A stretch of DNA of 64,000 bases from Smithella sp. (GTDB lineage: Bacteria > Desulfobacterota > Syntrophia > Syntrophales > Smithellaceae), in contig JBEKMY010000009.1 in assembly GCA_049523355.1 (NCBI GenBank), positions 3,539-67,538 on the forward strand, given 5' to 3'. This document shows positions 45,217 through 54,515 of this stretch, one piece after another (the first letter of the stretch is position 1; every line of letters starts with the position of its first letter). The notes below the pieces were generated by a model. It ran no database searches, was not told the DNA's origin, and was given only the letters and a program-made list of their open reading frames with translations. Made by a program: the position numbers and the translations under genes.

Positions 45217-45768
45217 TTAACGCTTTCGTTTCTGCATATAGGAGCAATAGAAACAGCCCTGCCCATTATTTCTGCTTGAGATAGCAGCCTTCCATTCGTG
45301 ACCTTTCGAACATAGCCACCATACTTGATTGTGAGAATTTGCTGTTATATCTCTCGGTGTCAGGCTTCCATTCTTTGAGGGATGCCATTGCTTTGCCAGC
45401 GTGGGATTCACTGTTTGCAGACTGTCTTCATCTTTAACTTTTTTGTCAGGTTTTGCGGGTACTTGCGGTGTCGGGCTTTCAAACTGCTCAGGAAGCGATT
45501 CTGTTGCCCCTGTTGGAATTTCTGTTTGCTGGCTATTTTCATCTTTGACTTTTTTGTCAGAACAATAGGGACAACCACTCCCCTGGTTTCTTTCACTAAC
45601 TGTCGCCGGCCATGCATGACCCTTTGAGCACAGCCACCATACTTTTCTATTGGAGCCTACTGATACATCACCTGGAGTCAGGCTCCCGTTTTTTGTAGGA
45701 TGCCATTCCCTTGCTAAGACGGGATTGCAAAACAAAAGACTATATTTTGTGGTGGGTCTGCCTGGCAT
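45217..45768 (-). CDS. tandem treble-clef zinc-ribbon protein (DUF4379-like)
   Basis: Two copies of (E/Q)WHP(T/S)KNGSLTP.D......VWWLCSKGH.W......R..G.GC.YCS, joined by a linker with repeated DKKVKDE. Confidence 0.65.
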   Translation of the reverse strand: MPGRPTTKYSLLFCNPVLAREWHPTKNGSLTPGDVSVGSNRKVWWLCSKGHAWPATVSERNQGSGCPYCSDKKVKDENSQQTEIPTGATESLPEQFESPTPQVPAKPDKKVKDEDSLQTVNPTLAKQWHPSKNGSLTPRDITANSHNQVWWLCSKGHEWKAAISSRNNGQGCFYCSYMQKRKR

Positions 45769-45871
45769 AATAGCACTCTAATTTTCAAGATTCCTTTCAT
45801 ATTCAGAGTATCACGATTTACATTTGCAATCTACTGAAACAATGGAATCATTCAGTTCAACACTTTTCTTC

Positions 45872-45992
45872 AGGGCTGTTCAAAAATGCTCAGATGCAAG
45901 GCCCCCGAGGCACACAGGAGTGAGGCGTATTTTACATGCGCCGTAGCGACGAATAACGTGGGAAACGCCGCAGATGGGCGTTTTGTAAAGCC
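45872..45992 (+). repeat. MITE-like intergenic repeat, copy D
   Basis: agggctgttcaaaaatgctcagatgcaaggc...gaggcgta...cagatgggcgttttgtaaagcc, collinear with copy E. Confidence 0.65.
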
Positions 45993-46076
45993 TTCGGCTT
46001 TTTCCGGCAAGGAATGTATCCAATCATAATTGCGCCTCCCTGCGGCAATGCGCCCCCCGGTCAACAACCCTGCCTA

Positions 46077-48734
46077 TCAATGGGCTTCGTCCCAATTCTT
46101 CCCTGCCGCAATCTCCACTTTCAACGGCACTTTGAGTTTTATGACCTCTTCCATTTCCTTTTTGACAAGTTGCTTGACTGCTTCTTTTTCTTTTGCAGGC
46201 GCTTCGACGACCAGTTCATCATGCACCTGCATGATCAGCCTAGCGGAAAGATTCTTTTTCTTAAGCAGGTGATCTATGTTTACCATCGCCACTTTAATCA
46301 AATCGGCGGCAGTGCCCTGAATAGGAGTATTGATCGCCATGCGTTCGGCGAACTGACGCACGGAAGGAATTTTGCTTTTCAATTCCGGCAGATAGCGCCG
46401 GCGATTTAGCAGTGTGCAGACAAAACCATCGCGGTGCGCAGCTTCAAGGATTCCATCAAGATAAATGCGCACTTTTTTATAGCGCTTAAAATATCCATCA
46501 ATGTATTCCTGTGCCATTTTCATGGAAACGCCAAGTTCCTTTGCCAGACCGAAAGCGCTCATTCCATAGAGAATACCGAAGTTGATGACTTTGGCCTGAC
46601 GTCGCATATCGGAATTAACCATCTGGGGAAAAACTCCGAAAACATCCGATGCCGTGCGGCTGTGAATATCTTCATTGGAGGAAAAAGCCTCAAGCAGCGT
46701 TTCATCTCCCGAAAGATGCGCCAGCACCCGAAGCTCTATTTGCGAATAGTCCGCGGAGATCAAAAGCCAGTCCGGGGCGGCTATAAAGGCCTGACGGATT
46801 CTTTTGCCTTCCAATGTACGAATTGGAATATTCTGTAAATTGGGGTTACTACTGGACAGCCGACCTGTAGCTGTTACTGTCTGGTTATAAGATGTGTGAA
46901 TCCTACCGGTTCGTGGATTAATCAATGCAGGCAGCGCGTCCACATAAGTTGACTTGAGTTTGGACAAAGAGCGGTAAGCCAGAATCTCAGCGGGTAATTC
47001 ATGGCTGCGGGCAAGTTCAGTTAAAACATCGACATCGGTTGAATATCCCTCTTTTGTTTTCTTTCCGGCAGGCAGTTTGAGTTTTTCAAAAAGTATCGTC
47101 TGCAATTGCTTGGGCGAATTGATATTAAATTTTTCACCGGCCAGACGAAATATTTTTCCTTCCGAGAGAGACAGCAATTGTCCCAATTCCGTTGACATAT
47201 GCTTTAAAAGTGAAGTGTCCACCCGTACGCCTTTCTTTTCCATATCGGCAAGAACATACAAAAGCGGCATCTCCACCTTACGGTAAAGATCAATGGCATC
47301 TATTTTCGTTAACTGCTCTTCAATAACCGGAGCAAGAGCAAATATCGCGTCGGCGCGCTGTCCCTCGCAGCCAGCCATCTTATCAACCGGCACTAAAGCC
47401 ATTGGATAAGTCTTGCCTTTTCCGCCCGCCACATCGTTTAGCGTAGGAAGCTGCTGGTGTAAATATTCCCAGGATAATTCGGCAAGTTCATAAGAATTTT
47501 TGGCAGGATTGAGCAAATAGGCTGCTAACTGCAAATCTTCGCCGGACTGCACTTCAAGGTTCTCCATATGAACAAGCGCTGTTTTCAGATCATAAACATA
47601 TTTTCTTATTTCGGCATTTTTCAAAACAGGGGCAAGTGCGGCAAGTGCTTCTTTCACCGGTAACTGCTCTTGAGCGTTTGTATGTCCCAGCGGCAGATAA
47701 AACAAGTCGTCGTCAGCGCTCAAAGCCATCCCGATTAATTCCTGCGGGGGATTTTTCTCCCAGACAATTTCACAGGCAATCTTCGCACTGCCATGCAGCT
47801 TTGCGGCTAGTCCGGACAGGGCGGCGCTGTCTGCGACAACTTTACAGTCTTTAACAGGCCTGAGGGTGTCTGTCTTAATCTGCTGCAGGAGCGAAGAAAA
47901 TTCAAATTCACTAAAAAGCCCGGCAAGGGATTCCTTATCCGGCTCTTTACGCGCGGCGTCCTGTAGATTAAAATCAATTTCAATATCTTTACGAATCAGC
48001 GCCAGTTGGCGGCTGAGCCTGGCCTGCTCAGCATACTGCCGAAAACTTTCTCGCAACTTCACATTACGCAGATTCGCCGCGTTTTCAATTACCGCTTCCA
48101 CAGTGCCATATTCTTCGATGAGTCTCTGCGCCGTTTTCGGGCCGATGCCCGGCACTCCCGGAATGTTATCGGAGGTATCACCCATCAGTCCCAGAATTTC
48201 CACAACCTTGTCCGGCCCCACTCCGAATTTTTCTTTCACGGCCGCCGCGTCATAGGTCTTATCTTTCATCGTATCGACCATCGTGACCTGCTCATCAATC
48301 ATCTGCATTAAATCCTTATCGCCGGAAATAATAGCGGTGCGCAATCCTTTTTTACTCGCTTGAATAGCGAGCGTCCCGATCAGATCATCTGCTTCAATAC
48401 CCTGTTTTTCCAGAATGCAAATGGAAAATCCGCGGACAACGTCTTTAATAAACGGAATCTGCGGGATCAGGTCATTGGGCATTGGTTTTCGTGTCGCTTT
48501 ATAATCTTCAAATTCTCCATGGCGCGTTGTCGGCCCCCTGAGATCAAAAGTCACCACAATATAGTCCGGTTCCAGATCACGCAGTAACTTCATGAGCATG
48601 TTCGTAAAGCCGTAAATGGCGTTGGTGGGAAAACCTTTGGAGTTGGTTAAAAGAGGTATCGCGTAGAAGGCGCGATAAATATAATTACTGCCGTCAACAA
48701 TAGCTAACAGTGGTGTTTTGTTTTTTTCTGTCAT
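46077..48734 (-). CDS. polA: DNA polymerase I
   Basis: 5'-nuclease N-terminus, then polymerase motifs (DYSQIELR, RRQAKVINFGILYGMS, QVHDEL). 885 aa. Confidence 0.97.
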   Translation of the reverse strand: MTEKNKTPLLAIVDGSNYIYRAFYAIPLLTNSKGFPTNAIYGFTNMLMKLLRDLEPDYIVVTFDLRGPTTRHGEFEDYKATRKPMPNDLIPQIPFIKDVVRGFSICILEKQGIEADDLIGTLAIQASKKGLRTAIISGDKDLMQMIDEQVTMVDTMKDKTYDAAAVKEKFGVGPDKVVEILGLMGDTSDNIPGVPGIGPKTAQRLIEEYGTVEAVIENAANLRNVKLRESFRQYAEQARLSRQLALIRKDIEIDFNLQDAARKEPDKESLAGLFSEFEFSSLLQQIKTDTLRPVKDCKVVADSAALSGLAAKLHGSAKIACEIVWEKNPPQELIGMALSADDDLFYLPLGHTNAQEQLPVKEALAALAPVLKNAEIRKYVYDLKTALVHMENLEVQSGEDLQLAAYLLNPAKNSYELAELSWEYLHQQLPTLNDVAGGKGKTYPMALVPVDKMAGCEGQRADAIFALAPVIEEQLTKIDAIDLYRKVEMPLLYVLADMEKKGVRVDTSLLKHMSTELGQLLSLSEGKIFRLAGEKFNINSPKQLQTILFEKLKLPAGKKTKEGYSTDVDVLTELARSHELPAEILAYRSLSKLKSTYVDALPALINPRTGRIHTSYNQTVTATGRLSSSNPNLQNIPIRTLEGKRIRQAFIAAPDWLLISADYSQIELRVLAHLSGDETLLEAFSSNEDIHSRTASDVFGVFPQMVNSDMRRQAKVINFGILYGMSAFGLAKELGVSMKMAQEYIDGYFKRYKKVRIYLDGILEAAHRDGFVCTLLNRRRYLPELKSKIPSVRQFAERMAINTPIQGTAADLIKVAMVNIDHLLKKKNLSARLIMQVHDELVVEAPAKEKEAVKQLVKKEMEEVIKLKVPLKVEIAAGKNWDEAH

Positions 48735-48764
48735 GAGTCATCACTTTTATGAGATTTGCAAATT

Positions 48765-49211
48765 TTATACGTCAAAAGAAGCGTTTATTTTAAAAGTGTT
48801 CATCGCTCTCATATCCAGGATATCCATCACGCCGGTTTTTTCTTTCAATTCTTTAAGAAATGCTTTCAGCTCTTTGGTTGACGCGGCGCTAACGGTAAAC
48901 CAGATGTTGTATTCATTATCGCGCCGGTAATTATGCGTGACATTTTTATTGGCATTCACGATTGCAACGAAGCCATCTATTTTTTCTTCCGGCACGCGCA
49001 CGGCGCAGAGAGTGCTGACACGGCCAAGCTTCGCGCCATCAAATACGGCACCGATACGGCGGATGATTCCTTCTTCTTTCATCTTCCTGATACGGCTGAT
49101 CGTCTCATCCTCACTGATGCCGCAACGATTGCCGGCAATTAAAAACGGCTGCTCCTCCAGCGGGAATTCTCTTTGCAGAATATTTAATATTTTTTTATCA
49201 ACATCATCCAT
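48765..49211 (-). CDS. siroheme decarboxylase subunit (AhbA/AhbB; Lrp/AsnC-like NirD/G/H/L family)
   Basis: LD..D..IL..LQ.EFPL...PF pattern, 148 aa, located in the ahb/hem cluster. Confidence 0.7.
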   Translation of the reverse strand: MDDVDKKILNILQREFPLEEQPFLIAGNRCGISEDETISRIRKMKEEGIIRRIGAVFDGAKLGRVSTLCAVRVPEEKIDGFVAIVNANKNVTHNYRRDNEYNIWFTVSAASTKELKAFLKELKEKTGVMDILDMRAMNTFKINASFDV

Positions 49212-49227
49212 AAAAATATCCTACTTC

Positions 49228-49609
49228 GTCATACCGGCGCAGGCCGGTATCCAGTTATATGATAGTATTATATAAATCATTCCAATCGGGATTATTTTCT
49301 TCAAGTAACCTGATCTTCCAAGCTCTTTTCCATTCTTTCACATTCTTTTCCCGTTCAATAGCCGAATTCATATTGTTATGCAATTCATACCAGACAAGAT
49401 TATGAACACCATATCGTTTCGTAAAACCTTTCACTAAATTATTCTTATGTTCCCATATTCTTTTGACCAGATCTGATGTAACACCTATGTAAAGAGTTCC
49501 GTTCCTCTCACTTGCCAGAATATATACAGCCGTTTGTTTTATCATTTGTGTCTCTGGTTCTCATCTTCCGCCGGAGATGTTTCTGGATACCGGCCTCCGC
49601 AGGTATGAC
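49228..49609 (-). mobile_element. GIY-YIG mini-element: nuclease ORF bracketed by 27-bp inverted hairpin repeats
   Basis: gtcataccggcgcaggccggtatccag (49228-49254) matches the reverse complement of 49583-49609 at 25/27. Each copy is itself a hairpin. Confidence 0.55.
49255..49545 (-). CDS. GIY-YIG nuclease family protein (UPF0213/COG2827-like)
   Basis: VYILASERNGTLYIGVTSDLVKRIWEHK...EREKNVKEWKR pattern. 96 aa. Confidence 0.85.
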   Translation of the reverse strand: MIKQTAVYILASERNGTLYIGVTSDLVKRIWEHKNNLVKGFTKRYGVHNLVWYELHNNMNSAIEREKNVKEWKRAWKIRLLEENNPDWNDLYNTII

Positions 49610-49621
49610 TAAATAAATGAA

Positions 49622-50689
49622 CTATTTATCACTAACGCTTTTAGGCTGATAAAGACATAGTGGCTCTTCAGCGAGATAATCTCCTGTCGCTTCATACGCG
49701 CGTGCCCGGCAACCTCCGCAAACCTTGATAAACTCGCAGCGTCCGCATTTGCCGCCGTACTTGCCGTAATTGCGCAAATTGCGAAACACTTTCGAATTTT
49801 CCCATATGTCTGCAAAAGTTTGTTTCTTCACATTGCCGCAATTCAGTTCCAGATAACCGCAGGGCTGCACTTGGCCGACATGGGAAATAAAACAAAATGT
49901 TATGCCGCCCAGACATCCTCTTGTCGATTCGTGGAAGTGACCTTGCACTTTTTTCTTCTGCTCCTCTGACTTGTCCCTATTCTGATGCATGATGCGGAAG
50001 TAATGAGGTGCGCAAGTGGCCTTGAGTTGAATTTCACAACTTAAGCTCTCCCGATGAAACCACATCAGAGTCTCTTCATAATCAGCTGCTGTTATTGCCT
50101 GACCGGCAAGCTCCTTTCCTCGGCCAGTAGGAACGAGCAGAAAGATGTGATGCGCCGCAGCCCCTATTTTTTCAGCTAATTCCAGAATATCTTTAATCTG
50201 TTTGAGGTTCACTGAGGTGATTGTAGTATTGATTTGAAATTCCATCCCTGCATCTTTGAGCGCTGCAATTCCAGCCATCGCTCCGGCAAACGCGCCTTTC
50301 TCCTGACGAAAAGCATCATGGCTTTGCGCATCCTTGCCGTCAATACTGATACTGACTCTTTTAATACCGCTTCGAATCATTTTCTTCACAACAGCAGGAG
50401 TAACTAAAGTGCCATTTGTCGCCATGACCATGCGCAAACCCTTGTTTGTCCCGTAGGCGGCAATTTCAAAAATATCCGGCCGCAAAAGCGGCTCGCCGCC
50501 TGTAAGAATAATCACCGGCGAGGATACGGCGGCAATGTCATCAATAAGGTCAAAGCATTTTTTTGTGGAAAATTCTCCCGCATAAGGTCCACCATTGGCC
50601 GCTGCCCTGCAATGAGCGCAGTTTAGATTGCAGCTGCGCGTCACTTCCCACGCAATCATGCGGACTTTATTATCAGGATCAATCATCAT
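49622..50689 (-). CDS. ahbD: radical SAM/SPASM enzyme of the alternative haem pathway (AhbD-like haem synthase; C versus D assignment tentative)
   Basis: CNLNCAHC radical-SAM motif, C-terminal Cys-rich SPASM region, cluster context. Confidence 0.65.
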   Translation of the reverse strand: MMIDPDNKVRMIAWEVTRSCNLNCAHCRAAANGGPYAGEFSTKKCFDLIDDIAAVSSPVIILTGGEPLLRPDIFEIAAYGTNKGLRMVMATNGTLVTPAVVKKMIRSGIKRVSISIDGKDAQSHDAFRQEKGAFAGAMAGIAALKDAGMEFQINTTITSVNLKQIKDILELAEKIGAAAHHIFLLVPTGRGKELAGQAITAADYEETLMWFHRESLSCEIQLKATCAPHYFRIMHQNRDKSEEQKKKVQGHFHESTRGCLGGITFCFISHVGQVQPCGYLELNCGNVKKQTFADIWENSKVFRNLRNYGKYGGKCGRCEFIKVCGGCRARAYEATGDYLAEEPLCLYQPKSVSDK

Positions 50690-50701
50690 AATTGTTATAA
50701 T

Positions 50702-51676
50702 TTATTTGTTCAGCAGTTTTGCGACTTGCGGTGCGAAATAGGTAATAATGATATCCGCACCGGCGCGTTTGATTGCCGTCAGCGATTCCAGCATGGCTTT
50801 TTCTTCATCAAGCCAGCCAAGTTGCGCGGCGGCTTTTATCATCGAATATTCGCCGCTGACATTATACGCCGCCACAGGCAAATCAAATTCCTGTTTGGCG
50901 CGGCAGATAATATCCAGATAAGCCAGCGCCGGTTTCACCATGATGATATCCGCGCCTTCACCGACATCCAGCGACATTTCCCTTATTGCTTCGTCGGCAT
51001 TAGCCGGATCCATCTGATAAGCTTTTCTGTCGCCAAACTGCGGCACGCTCTGAGCGGCTTCACGGAAAGGCCCGTAAAAAGACGAGGCGTATTTTGCCGC
51101 ATAAGCCATGACGGGTATATCCTCAAACGCGTTTTCGTCAAGCGCCTCGCGGATTGCCGCTATCTGCCCGTCCATCATTGCCGACGGCGCCACCATATCG
51201 GCTCCGGCGCGCGCCTGTGATAAGGCCGTTTCTGCCAGAACCTCCAGCGTTTCGTCGTTTAGCACTGTGTCTTTTTCCAGCATGCCGCAGTGGCCATGGC
51301 TGGTATATTCACACAGACAGACATCCGTAATCACAAGGATATCCGGCACTTCATTTTTAATTCGCTTTATAGCCTGCTGGATTACGCCGTCTTTGGCAAA
51401 CGCTCCCGTAGCCATCGCATCTTTTTTTGCAGGAATGCCGAAAAGCAGGACAGCGGGTATTCCCAGGTCACGTGCTTTTTGCGCTTCTTTGGCAATATTA
51501 TCAACGGACAACTGGAACTGGCCGGGCATGGATAAAATCGGTTTTTTAAAATTCTTGCCCGGCACCGCGAAAAGCGGATAAACCAGATCGTCAACACTTA
51601 ATTTTGTCTCGCGTATCAAACGCCGGAAGTTTTCATTTTTTCTCAACCTGCGGGCACGATATTCCGGAAATTGCAT
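50702..51676 (-). CDS. hemB: porphobilinogen synthase (delta-aminolevulinate dehydratase)
   Basis: RRLR..E..R.L..E, Zn-site [12 protein letters not shown], and the active-site MVKPAL motif. Confidence 0.95.
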   Translation of the reverse strand: MQFPEYRARRLRKNENFRRLIRETKLSVDDLVYPLFAVPGKNFKKPILSMPGQFQLSVDNIAKEAQKARDLGIPAVLLFGIPAKKDAMATGAFAKDGVIQQAIKRIKNEVPDILVITDVCLCEYTSHGHCGMLEKDTVLNDETLEVLAETALSQARAGADMVAPSAMMDGQIAAIREALDENAFEDIPVMAYAAKYASSFYGPFREAAQSVPQFGDRKAYQMDPANADEAIREMSLDVGEGADIIMVKPALAYLDIICRAKQEFDLPVAAYNVSGEYSMIKAAAQLGWLDEEKAMLESLTAIKRAGADIIITYFAPQVAKLLNK

Positions 51677-51679
51677 TTT

Positions 51680-52867
51680 TCAATCCTCCCTATTACTTAT
51701 TTCTTCGTCCGTCAGATAACAGGCGGGATCAGGCCCCCAAAGCTCGCCTTCCGATTCCGCCCGGGCGCGGAAATTGCCGCCGCAGACATTAAGCCACACA
51801 CATCCCGCGCAACGGCCATGAACGTGTTTCTTTTTATCTTTCAATTGCATCAATAATTCGTTTTTTTCATCCGTCCAGATTTCACCGAAAGTCCTCCGGC
51901 GGACATTGCCCAGCGACTGATTGCGCCAGAATTGATCGGGATAAACTTCACCATCCCAACTTACGCATCCAATGCCGAGGCCGGATGAATTACCCTCGTT
52001 CATCTCTAATAGTTCCAGAATTTCTTTGGCGCGCTGGGGATTTTCTTTTTTCATTTTCAGATACAGATACGGACCGTCGGCATGATTGTCCACCGTGAGA
52101 ATTTCCGGAGACAATCCATCGTCAAACATCTTTTTAGTTTGAGCGGCTATCAAATCGATCAATTTGCGTGTTTCTATATGGGTTAAATCCTCTTCACGTA
52201 GTTTGGAGCCGCGTCCGGTGTAAACAAGATGATAGAAACACATTCTTTCAATATTTTCTTTTCTGAGCAATTCAAACATATCCGGCACATCGATGAGATT
52301 ATGCTTATTAACCGTAAAACGGATGCCGACTTTTATCCCCGCGTCACGGCAGTTACGAATTCCCTCAATGGCCGCGGCGAACGCGCCCTTTTTGCCACGG
52401 AAACGGTCATGTGTCTTTTCGAGGCCGTCGAGACTTACGCCTACATAGGAAAGACCGATCTTTTGGAGTTTCGTCGCGATCTCTTTGGTGATGAGAGTGC
52501 CGTTGGTGGAAATAACCGCCCGCATTCCTTTATCTGTAGCGTATTGCGCCAGTTCCAGCAAATCTTTACGAATTAAAGGTTCGCCGCCGGAAAAGAGAAT
52601 CACCGGCGAACCGAACGCCGCCAGATCATCAATGAGCTTCTTGCCTTCCTCCGTGGTCAGTTCGTCCGGATATTCGATGTCGGCGGAATTGGAATAGCAG
52701 TGAATGCATTTTAAATTACAACGGCGCGTCATGTTCCAGACAACCACCGGTTTTTTGTCCGCTGAGAATTGCAGGAGATGCGAAGGCAAATCCCCCGATT
52801 TCCTGTTATAGCGCAGGACATCGGACGGTTCCACTGCTCCGCAATATAATTTGGAAATTCCTATCAT
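51680..52867 (-). CDS. ahbC: radical SAM/SPASM enzyme of the alternative haem pathway (AhbC-like Fe-coproporphyrin III synthase; assignment tentative)
   Basis: CNLKCIHC motif, SPASM-type C-terminus, paralogous to 49622-50689. Confidence 0.65.
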   Translation of the reverse strand: MIGISKLYCGAVEPSDVLRYNRKSGDLPSHLLQFSADKKPVVVWNMTRRCNLKCIHCYSNSADIEYPDELTTEEGKKLIDDLAAFGSPVILFSGGEPLIRKDLLELAQYATDKGMRAVISTNGTLITKEIATKLQKIGLSYVGVSLDGLEKTHDRFRGKKGAFAAAIEGIRNCRDAGIKVGIRFTVNKHNLIDVPDMFELLRKENIERMCFYHLVYTGRGSKLREEDLTHIETRKLIDLIAAQTKKMFDDGLSPEILTVDNHADGPYLYLKMKKENPQRAKEILELLEMNEGNSSGLGIGCVSWDGEVYPDQFWRNQSLGNVRRRTFGEIWTDEKNELLMQLKDKKKHVHGRCAGCVWLNVCGGNFRARAESEGELWGPDPACYLTDEEISNRED

Positions 52868-54423
52868 TTCCTTCTACCTCTTTTCTTATCCGCCGGTCTC
52901 TTCGAAAAGTAATCGATTAATGCCCCAACCAGCCCCTCCATTGTATACTCTTCCTGATGAATATCAACGGATAATCCGGCCTTTTTCGCGGCTGCAGCGG
53001 TAACCGGACCGATGCAGGCAATCCTGACTCCTTCGGGCAAGAGAAATTTCCGCCCTGCAATTTTTACAAAATTATCCACAGTGGAGGAACTGGTAAAAGT
53101 AAGCACATCCACATGGTTTTCTTTAAACAATGTCTTCAAATCGCTTTTCTTTTTCTCTGAAGCAACGGTAACGTAGGCAGTGACAACACCGACGTCGGCG
53201 CCGAGTTTTTTCAAACCATCGGGAAGAACATCGCGGGCTTTGGAGGCTCTGGCAAGGAGTATCTTCTTTCCTTTTATATTTTTACCGGAGAACGATTTTA
53301 GAATTCCTTCCGAAATAAATTTCGCAGGCACCAGATCAACCCTGATTCCTCTGTTTAGTACCTGCTGTGCCGTTGCCGGACCTATACAACATATTTTTAC
53401 GCCCTTCAGATCGCGGACATCCCTGCCTTTCGCCAAAAGCCTCTCAAAAAAGAACGAAACTCCGTTGGCGCTGGTGAATATCAGCCAATCGTAATCTTCC
53501 AGGTTTTTTATCGCGGCATCAAGTTCGCTCCAGTCCGGCGGAGGTACAATTTTAATCGTGGGGAAACCAATGGGATTGGCGCCTTCTTTAATCAGCAGTT
53601 CCGCCAGATCGTCGGCCTGCCTCTCCGGACGCGTTATTACCACTCCTTTGCCGAAAAGAGGTTTTGAATCAAACCAGTTAAGTGTATCGCGCAACTCAAC
53701 TACCTTGCCAACAACGAGAATTGCCGGTGGTGCAAACTTTAACTCTTTTGCAAGCATGGAAATATTGGCCAGAGTACTTGTGAGGATTTGCTGACGCGGC
53801 GTCGTGCCCCAACGAATCAGAGCGGCAGGCGTTTCCGCGGACATGCCGTTGTCCTGCAATTCGTTGGCAATTTTTTCGATGTTCTTCACGCCCATGAGAA
53901 AAACAAGCGTTCCGATGCGGGACAAAGCCTGCCAGTCAATATCACTTTTTCCCTTGGCCGGATCCTCATGGCCGGTGACAAACGCTACTGTGGAAGTCAA
54001 ACCCCGATGAGTGAGCGGAATACCGGCATAAGCGGGAACGGCAATCGCGGACGTTACACCGGGAACAACTTCGAAGGGTATACCGCTTGCTGCAAGTTTT
54101 TCCGCCTCTTCCCCTCCGCGGCCAAAAATAAAAGGATCGCCACCTTTCAGACGCGCGACGATATTACCGGCCTTTGCTTCTTTCACCAGAAGGTCGTTAA
54201 TTTGCCACTGTGACAGGGTATGAGCGCCGCCCTGTTTCCCGGCGTAAATAAAGCGTACGTCATCCCGTGCATATTTTAATAAATCCCTGCTAACCAGATA
54301 ATCGTAAATGACGACATCCGCCTTGCACAAACAATCAATGCCCTTGAGCGTAATCAGCCCTGCATCACCGGGGCCCGCTCCAATGACATAAACTTTCCCT
54401 TTTTTATTTTTTCTCATAAACAA
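52864..54423 (-). CDS. uroporphyrinogen-III C-methyltransferase / uroporphyrinogen-III synthase fusion (CobA-HemD)
   Basis: N-terminal VYVIGAGPGD...GGDPFIFGRGGEE SUMT motifs, C-terminal HemD-like half. ATGA overlap with ahbC. Confidence 0.9.
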   Translation of the reverse strand: MFMRKNKKGKVYVIGAGPGDAGLITLKGIDCLCKADVVIYDYLVSRDLLKYARDDVRFIYAGKQGGAHTLSQWQINDLLVKEAKAGNIVARLKGGDPFIFGRGGEEAEKLAASGIPFEVVPGVTSAIAVPAYAGIPLTHRGLTSTVAFVTGHEDPAKGKSDIDWQALSRIGTLVFLMGVKNIEKIANELQDNGMSAETPAALIRWGTTPRQQILTSTLANISMLAKELKFAPPAILVVGKVVELRDTLNWFDSKPLFGKGVVITRPERQADDLAELLIKEGANPIGFPTIKIVPPPDWSELDAAIKNLEDYDWLIFTSANGVSFFFERLLAKGRDVRDLKGVKICCIGPATAQQVLNRGIRVDLVPAKFISEGILKSFSGKNIKGKKILLARASKARDVLPDGLKKLGADVGVVTAYVTVASEKKKSDLKTLFKENHVDVLTFTSSSTVDNFVKIAGRKFLLPEGVRIACIGPVTAAAAKKAGLSVDIHQEEYTMEGLVGALIDYFSKRPADKKRGRRK

Positions 54424-54467
54424 GCCACCGTTCTCCCGCCCGTTTTGAAATCAATCGGTATAGCACT

Positions 54468-54493
54468 GTCATTCCCGCTTGCGCGGGAATGAC
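54468..54493. repeat. solo hairpin repeat of the GIY-YIG-associated family
   Basis: gtcattcccgc-ttgc-gcgggaatgac, a perfect 11-bp stem, in the hemC/cobA-hemD spacer. Same GTCATxCC...GGxAT architecture as 49228 and 49583. Confidence 0.6.
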
Positions 54494-54515
54494 ACGGGAG
54501 CATGTTTTTTAAGCA

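Noticed and set aside
45870-46067. 65-aa minus-strand ORF between the zinc-ribbon gene and polA
   Set aside because: It is encoded almost entirely by MITE-like repeat copy D.
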